64,000 nt of DNA from Elusimicrobiota bacterium (GCA_040757695.1 JBFLWK010000004.1:11574-75573), one strand, 5' to 3'; positions 1-8,274 are shown, counted from the first letter of the stretch. Notes: a model not told the origin generated them from the letters alone. Numbers and translations are program-made.

Positions 1-194
1 TAGACGGCAGATATGATACCATTTATCCAGTTGATTTCATAAAAAACCATTTCAGGCTTTTGAACACTGCCGAAGGGAACTTACCAGAAAATACAGACGC
101 AGTATTGATATATTCTCACAGGGCTGGTTTTGAGAAATTTGGTTGGCAGAGAATATATTCTGATAAAACCACTACACTTTACAAAGTTAGATAA
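1..194 (+). CDS. C-terminal fragment of an unidentified protein entering from the left edge
   Basis: Frame open from position 3 to TAA at 192-194 (...LIYSHRAGFEKFGWQRIYSDKTTTLYKVR*). No family recognised. Confidence 0.35.
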   Translation, partial: DGRYDTIYPVDFIKNHFRLLNTAEGNLPENTDAVLIYSHRAGFEKFGWQRIYSDKTTTLYKVR

Positions 195-221
195 TTGTGA
201 TATAATAAAAATAGGGGGCGT

Positions 222-575
222 ATGGTTTCAATAGGTGTAGATATGATTGAAATAAAAAGAATAAAAGAAATAATCACGAAAAATAAAAAATTTGTTAAAA
301 AGGTTTATACACCGACAGAAATTTCATATTGTAATTCAAAAAAAAACAAATGGCAGCATTTTGCAGTTCGTTTTGCTGCAAAAGAAGCAGTTTGGAAAGC
401 GCTTGGCAAAAAGGACATTTGGCACCGGGATATTTCTATAAAAAATACCGAAGATGGGAAACCGGAAGTTATCTTGGCAAAAAAATATAAACATTTGCAG
501 AAACAAATTTCGCTTTCGCTTTCACATACTGACGATTATGCCGTAGCATTTGCAGTTTTCCAGAAAACTGCATAA
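222..575 (+). CDS. acpS: holo-[acyl-carrier-protein] synthase
   Basis: 117 aa. IGVDMIEIKRI start, FAAKEAVWKALG and SLSHT motifs typical of AcpS. Confidence 0.9.
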   Translation: MVSIGVDMIEIKRIKEIITKNKKFVKKVYTPTEISYCNSKKNKWQHFAVRFAAKEAVWKALGKKDIWHRDISIKNTEDGKPEVILAKKYKHLQKQISLSLSHTDDYAVAFAVFQKTA

Positions 576-605
576 CCACGAATTAACACGAATAAACACT
601 AATTT
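562..605 (+). repeat. 44-nt perfect copy of the tmk 3' end/terminal repeat (partner at 17326-17369)
   Basis: AGAAAACTGCATAACCACGAATTAACACGAATAAACACTAATTT is identical at both sites. It includes the last 3 codons and the TAA stop of acpS. Confidence 0.9.
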
Positions 606-612
606 AGAAATT

Positions 613-1491
613 ATGAAAAATTTGACTACTGCGTTAATTAAAAAACTAATACAGGCAAGACCGGCTAATTCACACAAGGGTAATTTTGGGCATACGCTGA
701 TAGTTGCCAGCTCCACACAATATACTGGTGCTGCTATTTTATGTTCTTTAGGCTGTATTCGGTCAGGCAGCGGACTTACAACACTTGCATTCCCGGAATC
801 ACTTTATGAATCAATAACAAAACGGTTACCGCCAGAAATAATGACACTGCCTATTCCAGATAAAGAAGGTTCAATTTCACTGAAAGCAACGGAAGTTCTT
901 GTAGATTTTATTGCAGATAGAAAAATTAGTTCTGTTGCTTTTGGTTGCGGTATTTCAACTGATAAAAAAACACGGATTTTTACAGCAAACTTTTTATTAA
1001 AAAATAAGAGCCCGATTGTAATAGATGCAGATGGCTTAAATAATATACAAAAAAATTTAAAGGTTCTTAAAAAAACAAAATCTTACAAAATAGTAACACC
1101 ACATCCGGGTGAATTGAGTCGTTTAACAGACATACCGATAAACAAAATCCAAAATAACCGTGAAAAAATTGCTAAAAAGTTTGCCCAAGAGTATAATCTT
1201 ATTTGTGTGCTTAAAGGTTACGAGACGGTGATTACCGATGGCGAAGAAATTTTCATAAATACAACTGGCAATCCTGGAATGGCAGTTGGCGGTAGTGGTG
1301 ATGTTTTAACAGGAATGATTGCTGCATTTATTGGACAAACAAGAAGTTTAATAGATGCTGCCTGCCTTGGTGTTTATCTACATGGACTTGCCGGTGATTT
1401 AGCCGCAAAAGAGAAAACACAAATATCAATGTTACCGTCGGATTTAGTAGAAAAAATTCCAGAAGCAGTTAGAACAGTTCTAAAGTTCTGA
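613..1491 (+). CDS. nnrD: ADP-dependent NAD(P)H-hydrate dehydratase (YjeF C-terminal, carbohydrate kinase fold)
   Basis: HKGNFGHTLIVASS and GGSGDVLTGMIAAF motifs. ATG at 613 chosen because the 550-612 extension reads through the acpS terminal repeat. Confidence 0.85.
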   Translation: MKNLTTALIKKLIQARPANSHKGNFGHTLIVASSTQYTGAAILCSLGCIRSGSGLTTLAFPESLYESITKRLPPEIMTLPIPDKEGSISLKATEVLVDFIADRKISSVAFGCGISTDKKTRIFTANFLLKNKSPIVIDADGLNNIQKNLKVLKKTKSYKIVTPHPGELSRLTDIPINKIQNNREKIAKKFAQEYNLICVLKGYETVITDGEEIFINTTGNPGMAVGGSGDVLTGMIAAFIGQTRSLIDAACLGVYLHGLAGDLAAKEKTQISMLPSDLVEKIPEAVRTVLKF

Positions 1492-1571
1492 AGTTCTATG
1501 GTTCTTAAGTAAAATATCAACAACATAAGATACTGTAGAACTCAAGAACGTCAGAACATATGAACTTGTAG
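1471..1571. repeat. long imperfect palindrome built of AGTTCT/AGAAC units
   Basis: Left arm AGAACAGTTCTAAAGTTCTGAAGTTCTATGGTTCTTAAG faces right arm GTAGAACTCAAGAACGTCAGAACATATGAACTTGTAG. It starts inside the last codons of nnr (VRTVLKF*). Confidence 0.75.
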
Positions 1572-1577
1572 TTATAT

Positions 1578-1672
1578 GGAGAGGTCGCATAGTTTGGTTT
1601 AGTGCGCACGCCTGGAGAGCGTGTATCCCGATAAAATCGGGATCGTGGGTTCAAATCCCACCCTCTCCGCCA
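1578..1672 (+). tRNA. tRNA-Ser(GGA), CCA encoded
   Basis: Acceptor GGAGAGG/CCTCTCC, anticodon loop CTGGAGA, long variable arm, T-loop GGTTCAAATCC. Confidence 0.9.
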
Positions 1673-1797
1673 AGACCTACAAAGTGAGTTATTCTGAAGG
1701 AGCCAAAAAATACAAAATCTAATTGACTAAACAAAAAAAGTTTTGTATAATAAAAAATTATAGAACAGCAGATATACAAAAAAGGAAGGTAAAAATT

Positions 1798-2226
1798 ATG
1801 GTTGACCGAAAATGGTATTTAATAGATGCATCAGATGTGGTTTTAGGACGATTGTCAAGTGTGGTATCTAACATTTTACAAGGCAAAAGTAAACTGGATT
1901 ATTCGCCTAACAAAGATATTGGCGATTTTGTGGTTATTGAAAACGCAGCCAAACTGAAATTGACAGGTAAAAAACTTATACAAAAGATTTCATTCAGGCA
2001 TTCAGGGTATCCCGGCGGCGAAAAAGTACTACCTTATAAGGACTTAATAAAAACAAACCCTGAAAAAATTGTAAAAGATGCTGTTAATGGGATGCTTCCT
2101 AAGAATCGGTTAAAAGCAAAAAGGTTCAAACGCTTAAAAGTTTTTACAGACAAAGCCCAAATTAGTGGATGGATAGAAGGGAAGGGAGGGAAGGGGGAGC
2201 GATGGCTCAGGATACAGGTAAAATAA
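1798..2226 (+). CDS. rplM: 50S ribosomal protein L13
   Basis: MVDRKWYLIDASDVVLGRLSS N-terminus with AGGAAGG SD upstream. The unusual C-terminal tail is encoded by a G-rich repeat. Confidence 0.9.
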   Translation: MVDRKWYLIDASDVVLGRLSSVVSNILQGKSKLDYSPNKDIGDFVVIENAAKLKLTGKKLIQKISFRHSGYPGGEKVLPYKDLIKTNPEKIVKDAVNGMLPKNRLKAKRFKRLKVFTDKAQISGWIEGKGGKGERWLRIQVK

Positions 2227-2606
2227 TCAATACGGTTGGCAGAAGAAAAACAGCAGTTGCGCAGGTTAAACTCTATTCTGGTAACGGGAAGGTTATCGTC
2301 AATAACAAGCCAGTCAATAATTATTTTTCCGGGCTTTTAAGATTACAGGAAATCGCAACAGCACCATTTAATGCCACTAAGAGTTTCTCGCAGTATGATG
2401 CCAGCATAACCGTTTTAGGTGGTGGTGTGATGGCACAGGCAGAAGCAATACGGCATGGAGTTGCTCGGGCACTTGCGTTAGTGGATAGCGGGTTCAAAGG
2501 TATTCTGAAAAAAGAAGGGTATCTTACGCGTGATGACCGCATGGTAGAACGAAAAAAAGCAGGCAGACCTAAAGCGCGAAAGAGTTTTCAGTGGACAAAA
2601 CGGTAA
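2202..2606 (+). CDS. rpsI: 30S ribosomal protein S9
   Basis: TVGRRKTAVAQV ... RMVERKKAGRPKARKSFQWTKR. ATG at 2202 follows GGGGGAG. Overlaps the L13 tail. Confidence 0.92.
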   Translation: MAQDTGKIINTVGRRKTAVAQVKLYSGNGKVIVNNKPVNNYFSGLLRLQEIATAPFNATKSFSQYDASITVLGGGVMAQAEAIRHGVARALALVDSGFKGILKKEGYLTRDDRMVERKKAGRPKARKSFQWTKR

Positions 2607-2822
2607 ATCACGAATAAGGGCACACGAATAGAATCTTTGAAATAAATAGAAATACAGTAGAAATACATAGAAATTAGTTGTTTAGAAGTTACGATGAATT
2701 GTCCGCCAGAGGCGGATCTGCCTGTGGCACGACAATGAATTTCTATGAGTTTCAATTTGTTTCAGTTGTTTTTTCGTGAACATTCGTGATGTAATTCGTG
2801 ATTAGGTATTCGTGATTTTATT
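2607..2822. repeat. layered intergenic palindrome (CACGAAT arms, TAGAAATA arms, GC-rich twin-hairpin core)
   Basis: ATCACGAATAAGGGCACACGAATAG at the left faces TTCGTGAACATTCGTGATGTAATTCGTGATTAGGTATTCGTGAT at the right. Core is GTCCGCCAGAGGCGGATCTGCCTGTGGCACGAC (2701-2733). Confidence 0.8.
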
Positions 2823-4589
2823 ATGAAGCAAAGAACAATCGGTTATCTTATTGGTGGATTAGCAGTATTGGTGGTTCTGGTATTCAATTTTTTAGGATTA
2901 TTCCAGCCGCTTGAATATAAATCTTACGATTTTCGTCTTAAACTTCGCGGACATAAAAATCCAACTGGTGAAATAGTAGTTGCCGCAATTGATGAAGCCA
3001 GTTTAGAACATCTTGGTAGATGGCCTTGGGATAGAAGCGTTCATGCGAAACTGATTGACAAACTTATAAACGCAGGTGTTAAAACAATCGGGTTTGATGT
3101 ACTTTTTATAGAAAAAAGCAATCTACAAAGTGATAAATTACTGGCAGATGCAATCACAAAATCCAAAAGATGCGTCAATGAAATACTATTTGAGGTTGTC
3201 AGAGGTATCCCTGTCAAAGCGAAGCCACCACTTGAAGAAATGGCGAAAGGTTCTGCACTGCTTGGCTCACCTAATATCTTTCCTGAAACCGATGGTGTTG
3301 TTAGAAAAATCAAACCGGTTATAGAATATCAGGGAACACTTTATCCGCATATTTCAGTAGCGATTACTGCTGCATATTTAGATAAGCCATGGAAGAATCT
3401 GGTTAAGAATCTGTCACTTGATTTTAACAATGAGATGCTTGTGAATTACTGTGGCGAGTTTGAAACATTTAAGTATATTCCATACTACAAAATTCTTGAA
3501 AATGAAAATGAGGTAAACGAAAAAGAACTAAAAGACAAAATTGTGCTTGTTGGTTATGCAGCTGCGGGGCTTGGCGACCGGCATGTTACACCATTTTCAC
3601 CGACAATGCCAGGAATAGAAACAATTGCGAACAATATCAACGCTTTAATAAATTCCAACTTTATCGCATACTCACCTGACTGGGTTGGGTTCCTGTCCAT
3701 AATTATTGTTGGAATTGTTTTTACATTTTTTCTGCCTAAACTGTCACCATGGAAATCAACTGCGTTTACAATTTTAGTTTTTACAGGCTGGTCTTTGTTC
3801 TGCTGGTATTATTTTATCCAGAAACAGGTTTGGCTGGAATATAGCCCGTCTACTTCTTTAATACTGCTTTCATATTTATCAATCACATCCTGGCGGTTTA
3901 TCACGGAAGAGAAAGAGAAAAGATGGCTGAAGAAGGCGTTCGGTTCATATCTTTCGCCGATAGTTATAAACGAACTGATGAAAAACCCGGATACACTTTC
4001 GCTGGGCGGCAAACGACAGAAAATGACGGTTTTATTCTCGGATATTCGTGGTTTCACGACACTCTCAGAGGCGTCAACACCGGAACAGGTTGTTACTCTG
4101 TTAAACGAGTATCTTACAAAAATGACTGAAATTGTTTTTAAGTATGAGGGGACACTTGACAAGTTTATTGGTGATGCTATAATGGCTTTTTGGAATGCGC
4201 CACTTCCGCAGAATGACCACCCAAAACGAGCAGTTTTTTGCGCAGTTGAAATGATGGATGAACTGGCAAAACTTCAAGAAAAATGGCGTGCTGAAAACCG
4301 ACCGATTATAGATATAGGTATTGGTGTAAATACAGGCGAAATGGTTGTTGGCAATATGGGCTCTATTGAACGAATGGACTACACTATTATCGGCGACAAT
4401 GTAAATCTCGGTGCACGGCTTGAATCACTCAATAAAGAATTCAAAACACATATAATTATCTCTGAATCAACATATCAGTATGTAAAGGACTTTATAAAAA
4501 CCAAACCGCTTGGGACAACTAAAGTCAAAGGCAAAGAGAAACCAGTTGAAATTTATGAAGTGATAGAAAGGCAGGTTAAAGGCAGGTAA
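2823..4589 (+). CDS. CHASE2 sensor domain / class III adenylate-guanylate cyclase
   Basis: N-terminal TM plus periplasmic CHASE2-like region, 3 TM helices, then LFSDIRGFTTLSE...FIGDAIMAFWNAP...GDNVNLGARLES. Confidence 0.85.
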   Translation: MKQRTIGYLIGGLAVLVVLVFNFLGLFQPLEYKSYDFRLKLRGHKNPTGEIVVAAIDEASLEHLGRWPWDRSVHAKLIDKLINAGVKTIGFDVLFIEKSNLQSDKLLADAITKSKRCVNEILFEVVRGIPVKAKPPLEEMAKGSALLGSPNIFPETDGVVRKIKPVIEYQGTLYPHISVAITAAYLDKPWKNLVKNLSLDFNNEMLVNYCGEFETFKYIPYYKILENENEVNEKELKDKIVLVGYAAAGLGDRHVTPFSPTMPGIETIANNINALINSNFIAYSPDWVGFLSIIIVGIVFTFFLPKLSPWKSTAFTILVFTGWSLFCWYYFIQKQVWLEYSPSTSLILLSYLSITSWRFITEEKEKRWLKKAFGSYLSPIVINELMKNPDTLSLGGKRQKMTVLFSDIRGFTTLSEASTPEQVVTLLNEYLTKMTEIVFKYEGTLDKFIGDAIMAFWNAPLPQNDHPKRAVFCAVEMMDELAKLQEKWRAENRPIIDIGIGVNTGEMVVGNMGSIERMDYTIIGDNVNLGARLESLNKEFKTHIIISESTYQYVKDFIKTKPLGTTKVKGKEKPVEIYEVIERQVKGR

Positions 4590-4645
4590 AAGGTAAAAGG
4601 TTAAAGGTTAAAATTTTTATTTTAATTTATACCTTTAACCTCCGA
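4572..4645. repeat. hairpin of AAAGGT(T)AA units at the 3' end of the cyclase gene
   Basis: GGCAGGTAAAAGGTAAAAGGTTAAAGGTTAAAA ... TATACCTTTAACCTCC. The C-terminus VKGR* is encoded by the repeat. Confidence 0.75.
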
Positions 4646-4659
4646 GTGAAACGAGGTTT

Positions 4660-5343
4660 ATGTATTTTTTCTGGCGATTGTTGTTAGCGCATCTTCTGGC
4701 TGATTTTACATTTCAGACGGATAGAATTGCGAAATGGAAACGCGAAGATATTTCAGGTGTATTTTTTCATGTTCTTATTTTTCTGTTTTTTGCAGTTGCT
4801 ATAAATTACCAGTATCTGCCTTTAAGAGATTTTGCGGTCGCACTTTTGATTCTCGGAATAACGCATATTATTGAAGACCAGTGGCGTGTCTATAGTATTA
4901 CAAAATATAATTCACCTGATAGTATTGGTTTTTTTCTGTGGGACCAGTTTGTGCATATTCTGTTGATATTTGTTTTAGCACCGCGAGACCCAATAGGCGT
5001 TAGAACAGAAAAATGGGTTTTGTTATTTATTATATTTATTATTGTATCGCATTTTTCTACTATTTTTATATATTTTCTTAAAAAGTTGTTCTATAGCGAT
5101 GCAAGAATTATCACTGCTGAAAAATATCACGGAATTATAGAACGGCTTATGCTCGTAGGTTGTTTTATAATACCGGGTAAATGGTACTGGTTTATCTTGC
5201 CAGTTGCAGTTGTGCTTGTTATTGGTCAACGGCTATCAATCAAAAAACTAAACTCACAATTAGATTTTTCAGCATTTAATATACTTGCCTCAAACATCAT
5301 AGGTGTAGTATTTAGTATCTTGGCAAGAGGTATATGGTATTGA
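4660..5343 (+). CDS. DUF3307-like polytopic membrane protein
   Basis: LLAHLLADFTFQT N-terminal motif and multiple hydrophobic helices. Confidence 0.55.
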   Translation: MYFFWRLLLAHLLADFTFQTDRIAKWKREDISGVFFHVLIFLFFAVAINYQYLPLRDFAVALLILGITHIIEDQWRVYSITKYNSPDSIGFFLWDQFVHILLIFVLAPRDPIGVRTEKWVLLFIIFIIVSHFSTIFIYFLKKLFYSDARIITAEKYHGIIERLMLVGCFIIPGKWYWFILPVAVVLVIGQRLSIKKLNSQLDFSAFNILASNIIGVVFSILARGIWY

Positions 5344-5357
5344 TTTTATTAAGATAT

Positions 5358-5431
5358 GCGTCGTTAGCTCAACCGGATAGAGCATTCGGCTACGAACCGA
5401 AAGGTTGTAGGTTCAACTCCTGCACGACGCG
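5358..5431 (+). tRNA. tRNA-Arg(ACG)
   Basis: Acceptor GCGTCGT/ACGACGC, anticodon loop CTACGAA, T-loop GGTTCAACTCC. No encoded CCA. Confidence 0.9.
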
Positions 5432-5432
5432 T

Positions 5433-5686
5433 GCAAGCGGGAAACCGTTAGGTAATAGGTAAGTTTTGCTGAAATTTGTAGGCGTGTTCCGATAAATCGG
5501 AACACGATTTTACGATGATTATCATGCCAAAGGCAGATCCGCCTATGGCGGAAAAATCACCGACTACATATTCTACGAAACTTTAGTTTCGGTTAAAACC
5601 AAGCAACCCGCCACTGAAGTGGCGTAGAATTTTGAATATCTTTTCAGCAAAACTGAACTGTCACGAACCCTTTCCTATTTGCTTGC
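5433..5686. repeat. composite nested palindrome containing four small independent hairpins
   Basis: Outer GCAAGC (5433) / GCTTGC (5681) and inner GTTTTGCTGAAA (5463) / TTTTCAGCAAAAC (5641). Internal hairpins include GTGTTCCGATAAATCGGAACAC, CCGCCTATGGCGG, CGAAACTTTAGTTTCG and CGCCACTGAAGTGGCG. Confidence 0.75.
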
Positions 5687-5732
5687 AGTTTCGGAATTTC
5701 AATCTGACAGGATTTACAGGATTAAAAGACAG

Positions 5733-5823
5733 CCACAGATGAACACAGATAACCACAGAATAGATTCCCGACAGAGGCATTCGGGAATGACATTTTTCAG
5801 TGTTTCTGTGTTTCCGTGGTTAA
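5733..5823. repeat. 10-nt-periodic hairpin (CACAGAT units) around a conserved core
   Basis: CCACAGATGAACACAGATAACCACAGAA ... TTCAGTGTTTCTGTGTTTCCGTGGTTAA. Confidence 0.8.
5758..5802 (-). repeat. 45-nt conserved core, inverted copy of 10715-10759
   Basis: Its reverse complement CACTGAAAAATGTCATTCCCGAATGCCTCTGTCGGGAATCTATTC matches 10715-10759 with one mismatch. Confidence 0.9.
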
Positions 5824-5880
5824 ATTAAAATCTTGTTCCTGTCAAAAACGGGTTTCAGGGCGAAGCCCCGAATTTTCTTG

Positions 5881-6303
5881 ATGGACGATATAGATTTTAT
5901 AAAGGAAGCACTGAAAGAAGCAAAAAAAGCATATAAAAAAAATGAAGTACCAATTGGAGCAGTAGTAGTAAAAAACGGCAAAATTATTGCTAAAGCCCAT
6001 AACTTAATAGAATATCTTATTGACCCGTCTGCTCATGCAGAAGTGATAGCAATAAGAAGAGCAGCTAAAAAACTTAAAAACTGGCGACTTAATAATTGTA
6101 TAGTATACTCAACCTGCGAACCCTGTCCTATTTGTGAAGCAGTGCTGCTTCAAGCAAGAATAAATAAAGTAGTTTTTGGCTGTAATACATTAAAAAATGT
6201 TGTAAAAGCAAAATTCAAAAAATCGAAGTTTATAAGAAAAGGACCGATATTAGAAAACGAATGCAAAACGATACTCAAAAAATTTTTTGCAAAATACCGA
6301 TGA
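5881..6303 (+). CDS. tadA: tRNA adenosine(34) deaminase
   Basis: HAEVIAIRRA and CEPCPICEAVL zinc motifs. ATG at 5881 chosen because the upstream extension reads through a hairpin repeat. Confidence 0.88.
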   Translation: MDDIDFIKEALKEAKKAYKKNEVPIGAVVVKNGKIIAKAHNLIEYLIDPSAHAEVIAIRRAAKKLKNWRLNNCIVYSTCEPCPICEAVLLQARINKVVFGCNTLKNVVKAKFKKSKFIRKGPILENECKTILKKFFAKYR

Positions 6304-6821
6304 CAAGAATCTTTTTAATTTTAATTTTTACCTTTTACCTTTTACCTGCCGTTACTACCTGCCTTTATTCTGTTGCGCCTGGCATAGATGTTGGTAATAA
6401 ATCAATAGATTTTTCACTAAAGGTTCTTTCATCAACTGAAACATTTGAATTGTCCAATTATAAAGGCAAAAAATCTGTACTTGTCGTTTTTTTTGCTACT
6501 TGGTGTTCGTATTGTACACAAGAGATTCCGACATTAAACAGGATTTATAATGAATACGGGCATAAAAGGTTGCAAATCGTTGCGATAAATATTCGGGAAA
6601 ACGAAAAAAAGATTGCCAGTTTTGTAAAAAGGAAAAAAATACTCTATCCGATTGCGGTTGATACAAAAGCCGAAGTCGCTGAAAAGTTTAAGGTTTACGG
6701 CATCCCGACCAATATCTTAATCAATACCAGCGGAATAATTGTTTTTCGCGGGAGTGATTTACCAGCCGATAAGGTGATAGAGAAAACTTTGCCAAAACCA
6801 GAGAAAAAGAATAGACGCTGA
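6300..6821 (+). CDS. TlpA/redoxin-family thiol:disulfide oxidoreductase, secreted
   Basis: WCSYC active site and YGIPTNILI. ATGA overlap with the tadA stop. Signal peptide present. Confidence 0.8.
   Translation: MTRIFLILIFTFYLLPAVTTCLYSVAPGIDVGNKSIDFSLKVLSSTETFELSNYKGKKSVLVVFFATWCSYCTQEIPTLNRIYNEYGHKRLQIVAINIRENEKKIASFVKRKKILYPIAVDTKAEVAEKFKVYGIPTNILINTSGIIVFRGSDLPADKVIEKTLPKPEKKNRR
6325..6362 (+). repeat. TTTTACC heptamer tandem inside the signal peptide
   Basis: TTTTTACCTTTTACCTTTTACCTGCCGTTACTACCTGCC encodes FTFYLLPAVTTC. A 20-nt inverted match lies at 4581-4601. Confidence 0.8.
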
Positions 6822-6904
6822 TTGTTAGGAAAGAAAAAATAAACAAAACAAAAGTTTTAGGTATATCTGCAGCCTCAACGCTAGAAAGCCGTAGCGAATT
6901 ATTA

Positions 6905-7396
6905 TTGGATTCGCTATTAGACGAATTTTTGCAACATGATAGTTACATAAAAAAAATAGCAGTCAGAGATTTAAACATCTTGTTCTGTGATGGTTTGCGA
7001 AGTTGCGAGAAAACCGGTATCTGCAAATGGGAAGACGATATGCAGATTTTAGGAAACGAACTTTTGTTAGCGGATATTGTAATTATTGCGACACCTGTAT
7101 ATTTCGCTTCTGTGCCTGCAAGGTTGAAAGCAATTATTGATAGATGTCAGGTTTTTTGGGCACGAAAAAATATCCTAAAAAATTTTAAGCCATCTCTAAA
7201 AAAAGGAATTTTTATAGCGGTCGCTGGAAGAAATCCTGAGTTTTCTCATATAGAAACAGTTATAAAAGCGTTTTTCAGTGTATTCAATATAAAACTCTGC
7301 GGAAGGTTTTATCTGCCGAATACAGATAAACTTGACAGCACACAATTTACAAAAACTCAAGAGAACATAAAAAAATTAATAAAGGAGGTTTTTTAG
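6905..7396 (+). CDS. iron-sulfur flavoprotein / NADPH-dependent FMN reductase-like protein
   Basis: Flavodoxin-like fold and a CDGLRSCEKTGICKW cysteine cluster. Homology (KVLGISAAS...) continues upstream to about 6851, where there is no ATG/GTG/TTG. Confidence 0.6.
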   Translation: MDSLLDEFLQHDSYIKKIAVRDLNILFCDGLRSCEKTGICKWEDDMQILGNELLLADIVIIATPVYFASVPARLKAIIDRCQVFWARKNILKNFKPSLKKGIFIAVAGRNPEFSHIETVIKAFFSVFNIKLCGRFYLPNTDKLDSTQFTKTQENIKKLIKEVF

Positions 7397-7582
7397 ATGA
7401 AAGCGGTTATTGATAAGGATTTGTGTACAGGTTGTGGGTTATGTTGTGATACCTGCTCGGATGTTTTTGAGATGCAGGATACTGTGGCAGTTGTCAAGGT
7501 TACAGAAATCCCTGCAACTGCCGAAGAGTCTACAAAACAAGCAGCAGCTGATTGTCCTGTGGAGGCGATCAAAATTGAGTAA
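7397..7582 (+). CDS. fdx: small [4Fe-4S] ferredoxin
   Basis: 61 aa with CTGCGLCCDTC ... CPVEAI. Confidence 0.8.
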   Translation: MKAVIDKDLCTGCGLCCDTCSDVFEMQDTVAVVKVTEIPATAEESTKQAAADCPVEAIKIE

Positions 7583-7583
7583 A

Positions 7584-7679
7584 CAACGCTGATAAAAGCC
7601 GATAGCAACGCAGATTGCCGCTGAAAAATCAGCGTTAATCAGCGTTCAGTTGGTGTCAAATCAGCGTTAATCAGCGATT
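7584..7679. repeat. hairpin/tandem of ATCAGCG units directly upstream of porG
   Basis: AACGCTGATAAAAGCCGATAGCAACGCAGATTGCCGCTGA faces TCAGCGTTAATCAGCGTT. AATCAGCGTTAATCAGCG occurs twice. Confidence 0.75.
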
Positions 7680-8252
7680 ATGAGCGATATTATTGAGATA
7701 AGGTGGCATGGTAGAGGAGGTCAGGGTGCAAAGACCGCGGCGCTTCTTTTTGCCGAGGCAGCACTTGCAACTGGCAAATATGTACAAGGGTTTCCTGAAT
7801 ACGGTCCTGAGCGAATGGGTGCGCCTGTTCAGTCATTTAATCGTTTATCAAACAAGCCCATTACACTTCACTGCGGGATTACAGAGCCGGATTTTGTTGT
7901 TGTGCTTGACCCAACACTTATTAAAACAGTTGATATTACCAGTGGGCTTTCTGAAGATGGTGCGATTATCATCAATACTGAAAAATCAGTTGACGAAATA
8001 AAAAAAGAGTTCAATTTCAGTGGTAAAGTTTTTGTTGTCAATGCGTCAAAAATTGCAAAAGAATGTTTTGGCAAAGAAATCCCCAATACGCCAATGATGG
8101 GTGCGTTAGTTAAGGTTACTGAATTTCTTGATATTGAAAATGTTTTAGAAGATACACGAAAAAAACTTGAAAAAAAATTTTTGCATAAGCCGGAAGTAAT
8201 TGAAGGAAATATAAAATCAATAAGAAGAGCATATGAAGAGGTTAAAGGTTAA
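7680..8252 (+). CDS. porG: pyruvate/2-oxoacid:ferredoxin oxidoreductase gamma subunit
   Basis: IRWHGRGGQGAKTAA motif and operon context. Confidence 0.9.
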   Translation: MSDIIEIRWHGRGGQGAKTAALLFAEAALATGKYVQGFPEYGPERMGAPVQSFNRLSNKPITLHCGITEPDFVVVLDPTLIKTVDITSGLSEDGAIIINTEKSVDEIKKEFNFSGKVFVVNASKIAKECFGKEIPNTPMMGALVKVTEFLDIENVLEDTRKKLEKKFLHKPEVIEGNIKSIRRAYEEVKG

Positions 8253-8274
8253 AGGTTAAAATTAAAAAAATAAA

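Noticed and set aside
5432-5830. tmRNA, RNase P RNA, SRP or 6S RNA in the large ORF-free gap after tRNA-Arg
   Set aside because: There is no tRNA-like 3' end, no GAGGAAAGTCC-type RNase P core and no tag-peptide frame. The region resolves into nested repeat hairpins.
7410-7592. Alternative-frame ORF overlapping the ferredoxin gene, and 7393-7608 on the minus strand
   Set aside because: The ferredoxin frame carries the CxxCxxC...CP cluster motif and starts directly after the upstream stop. The others are shadows.
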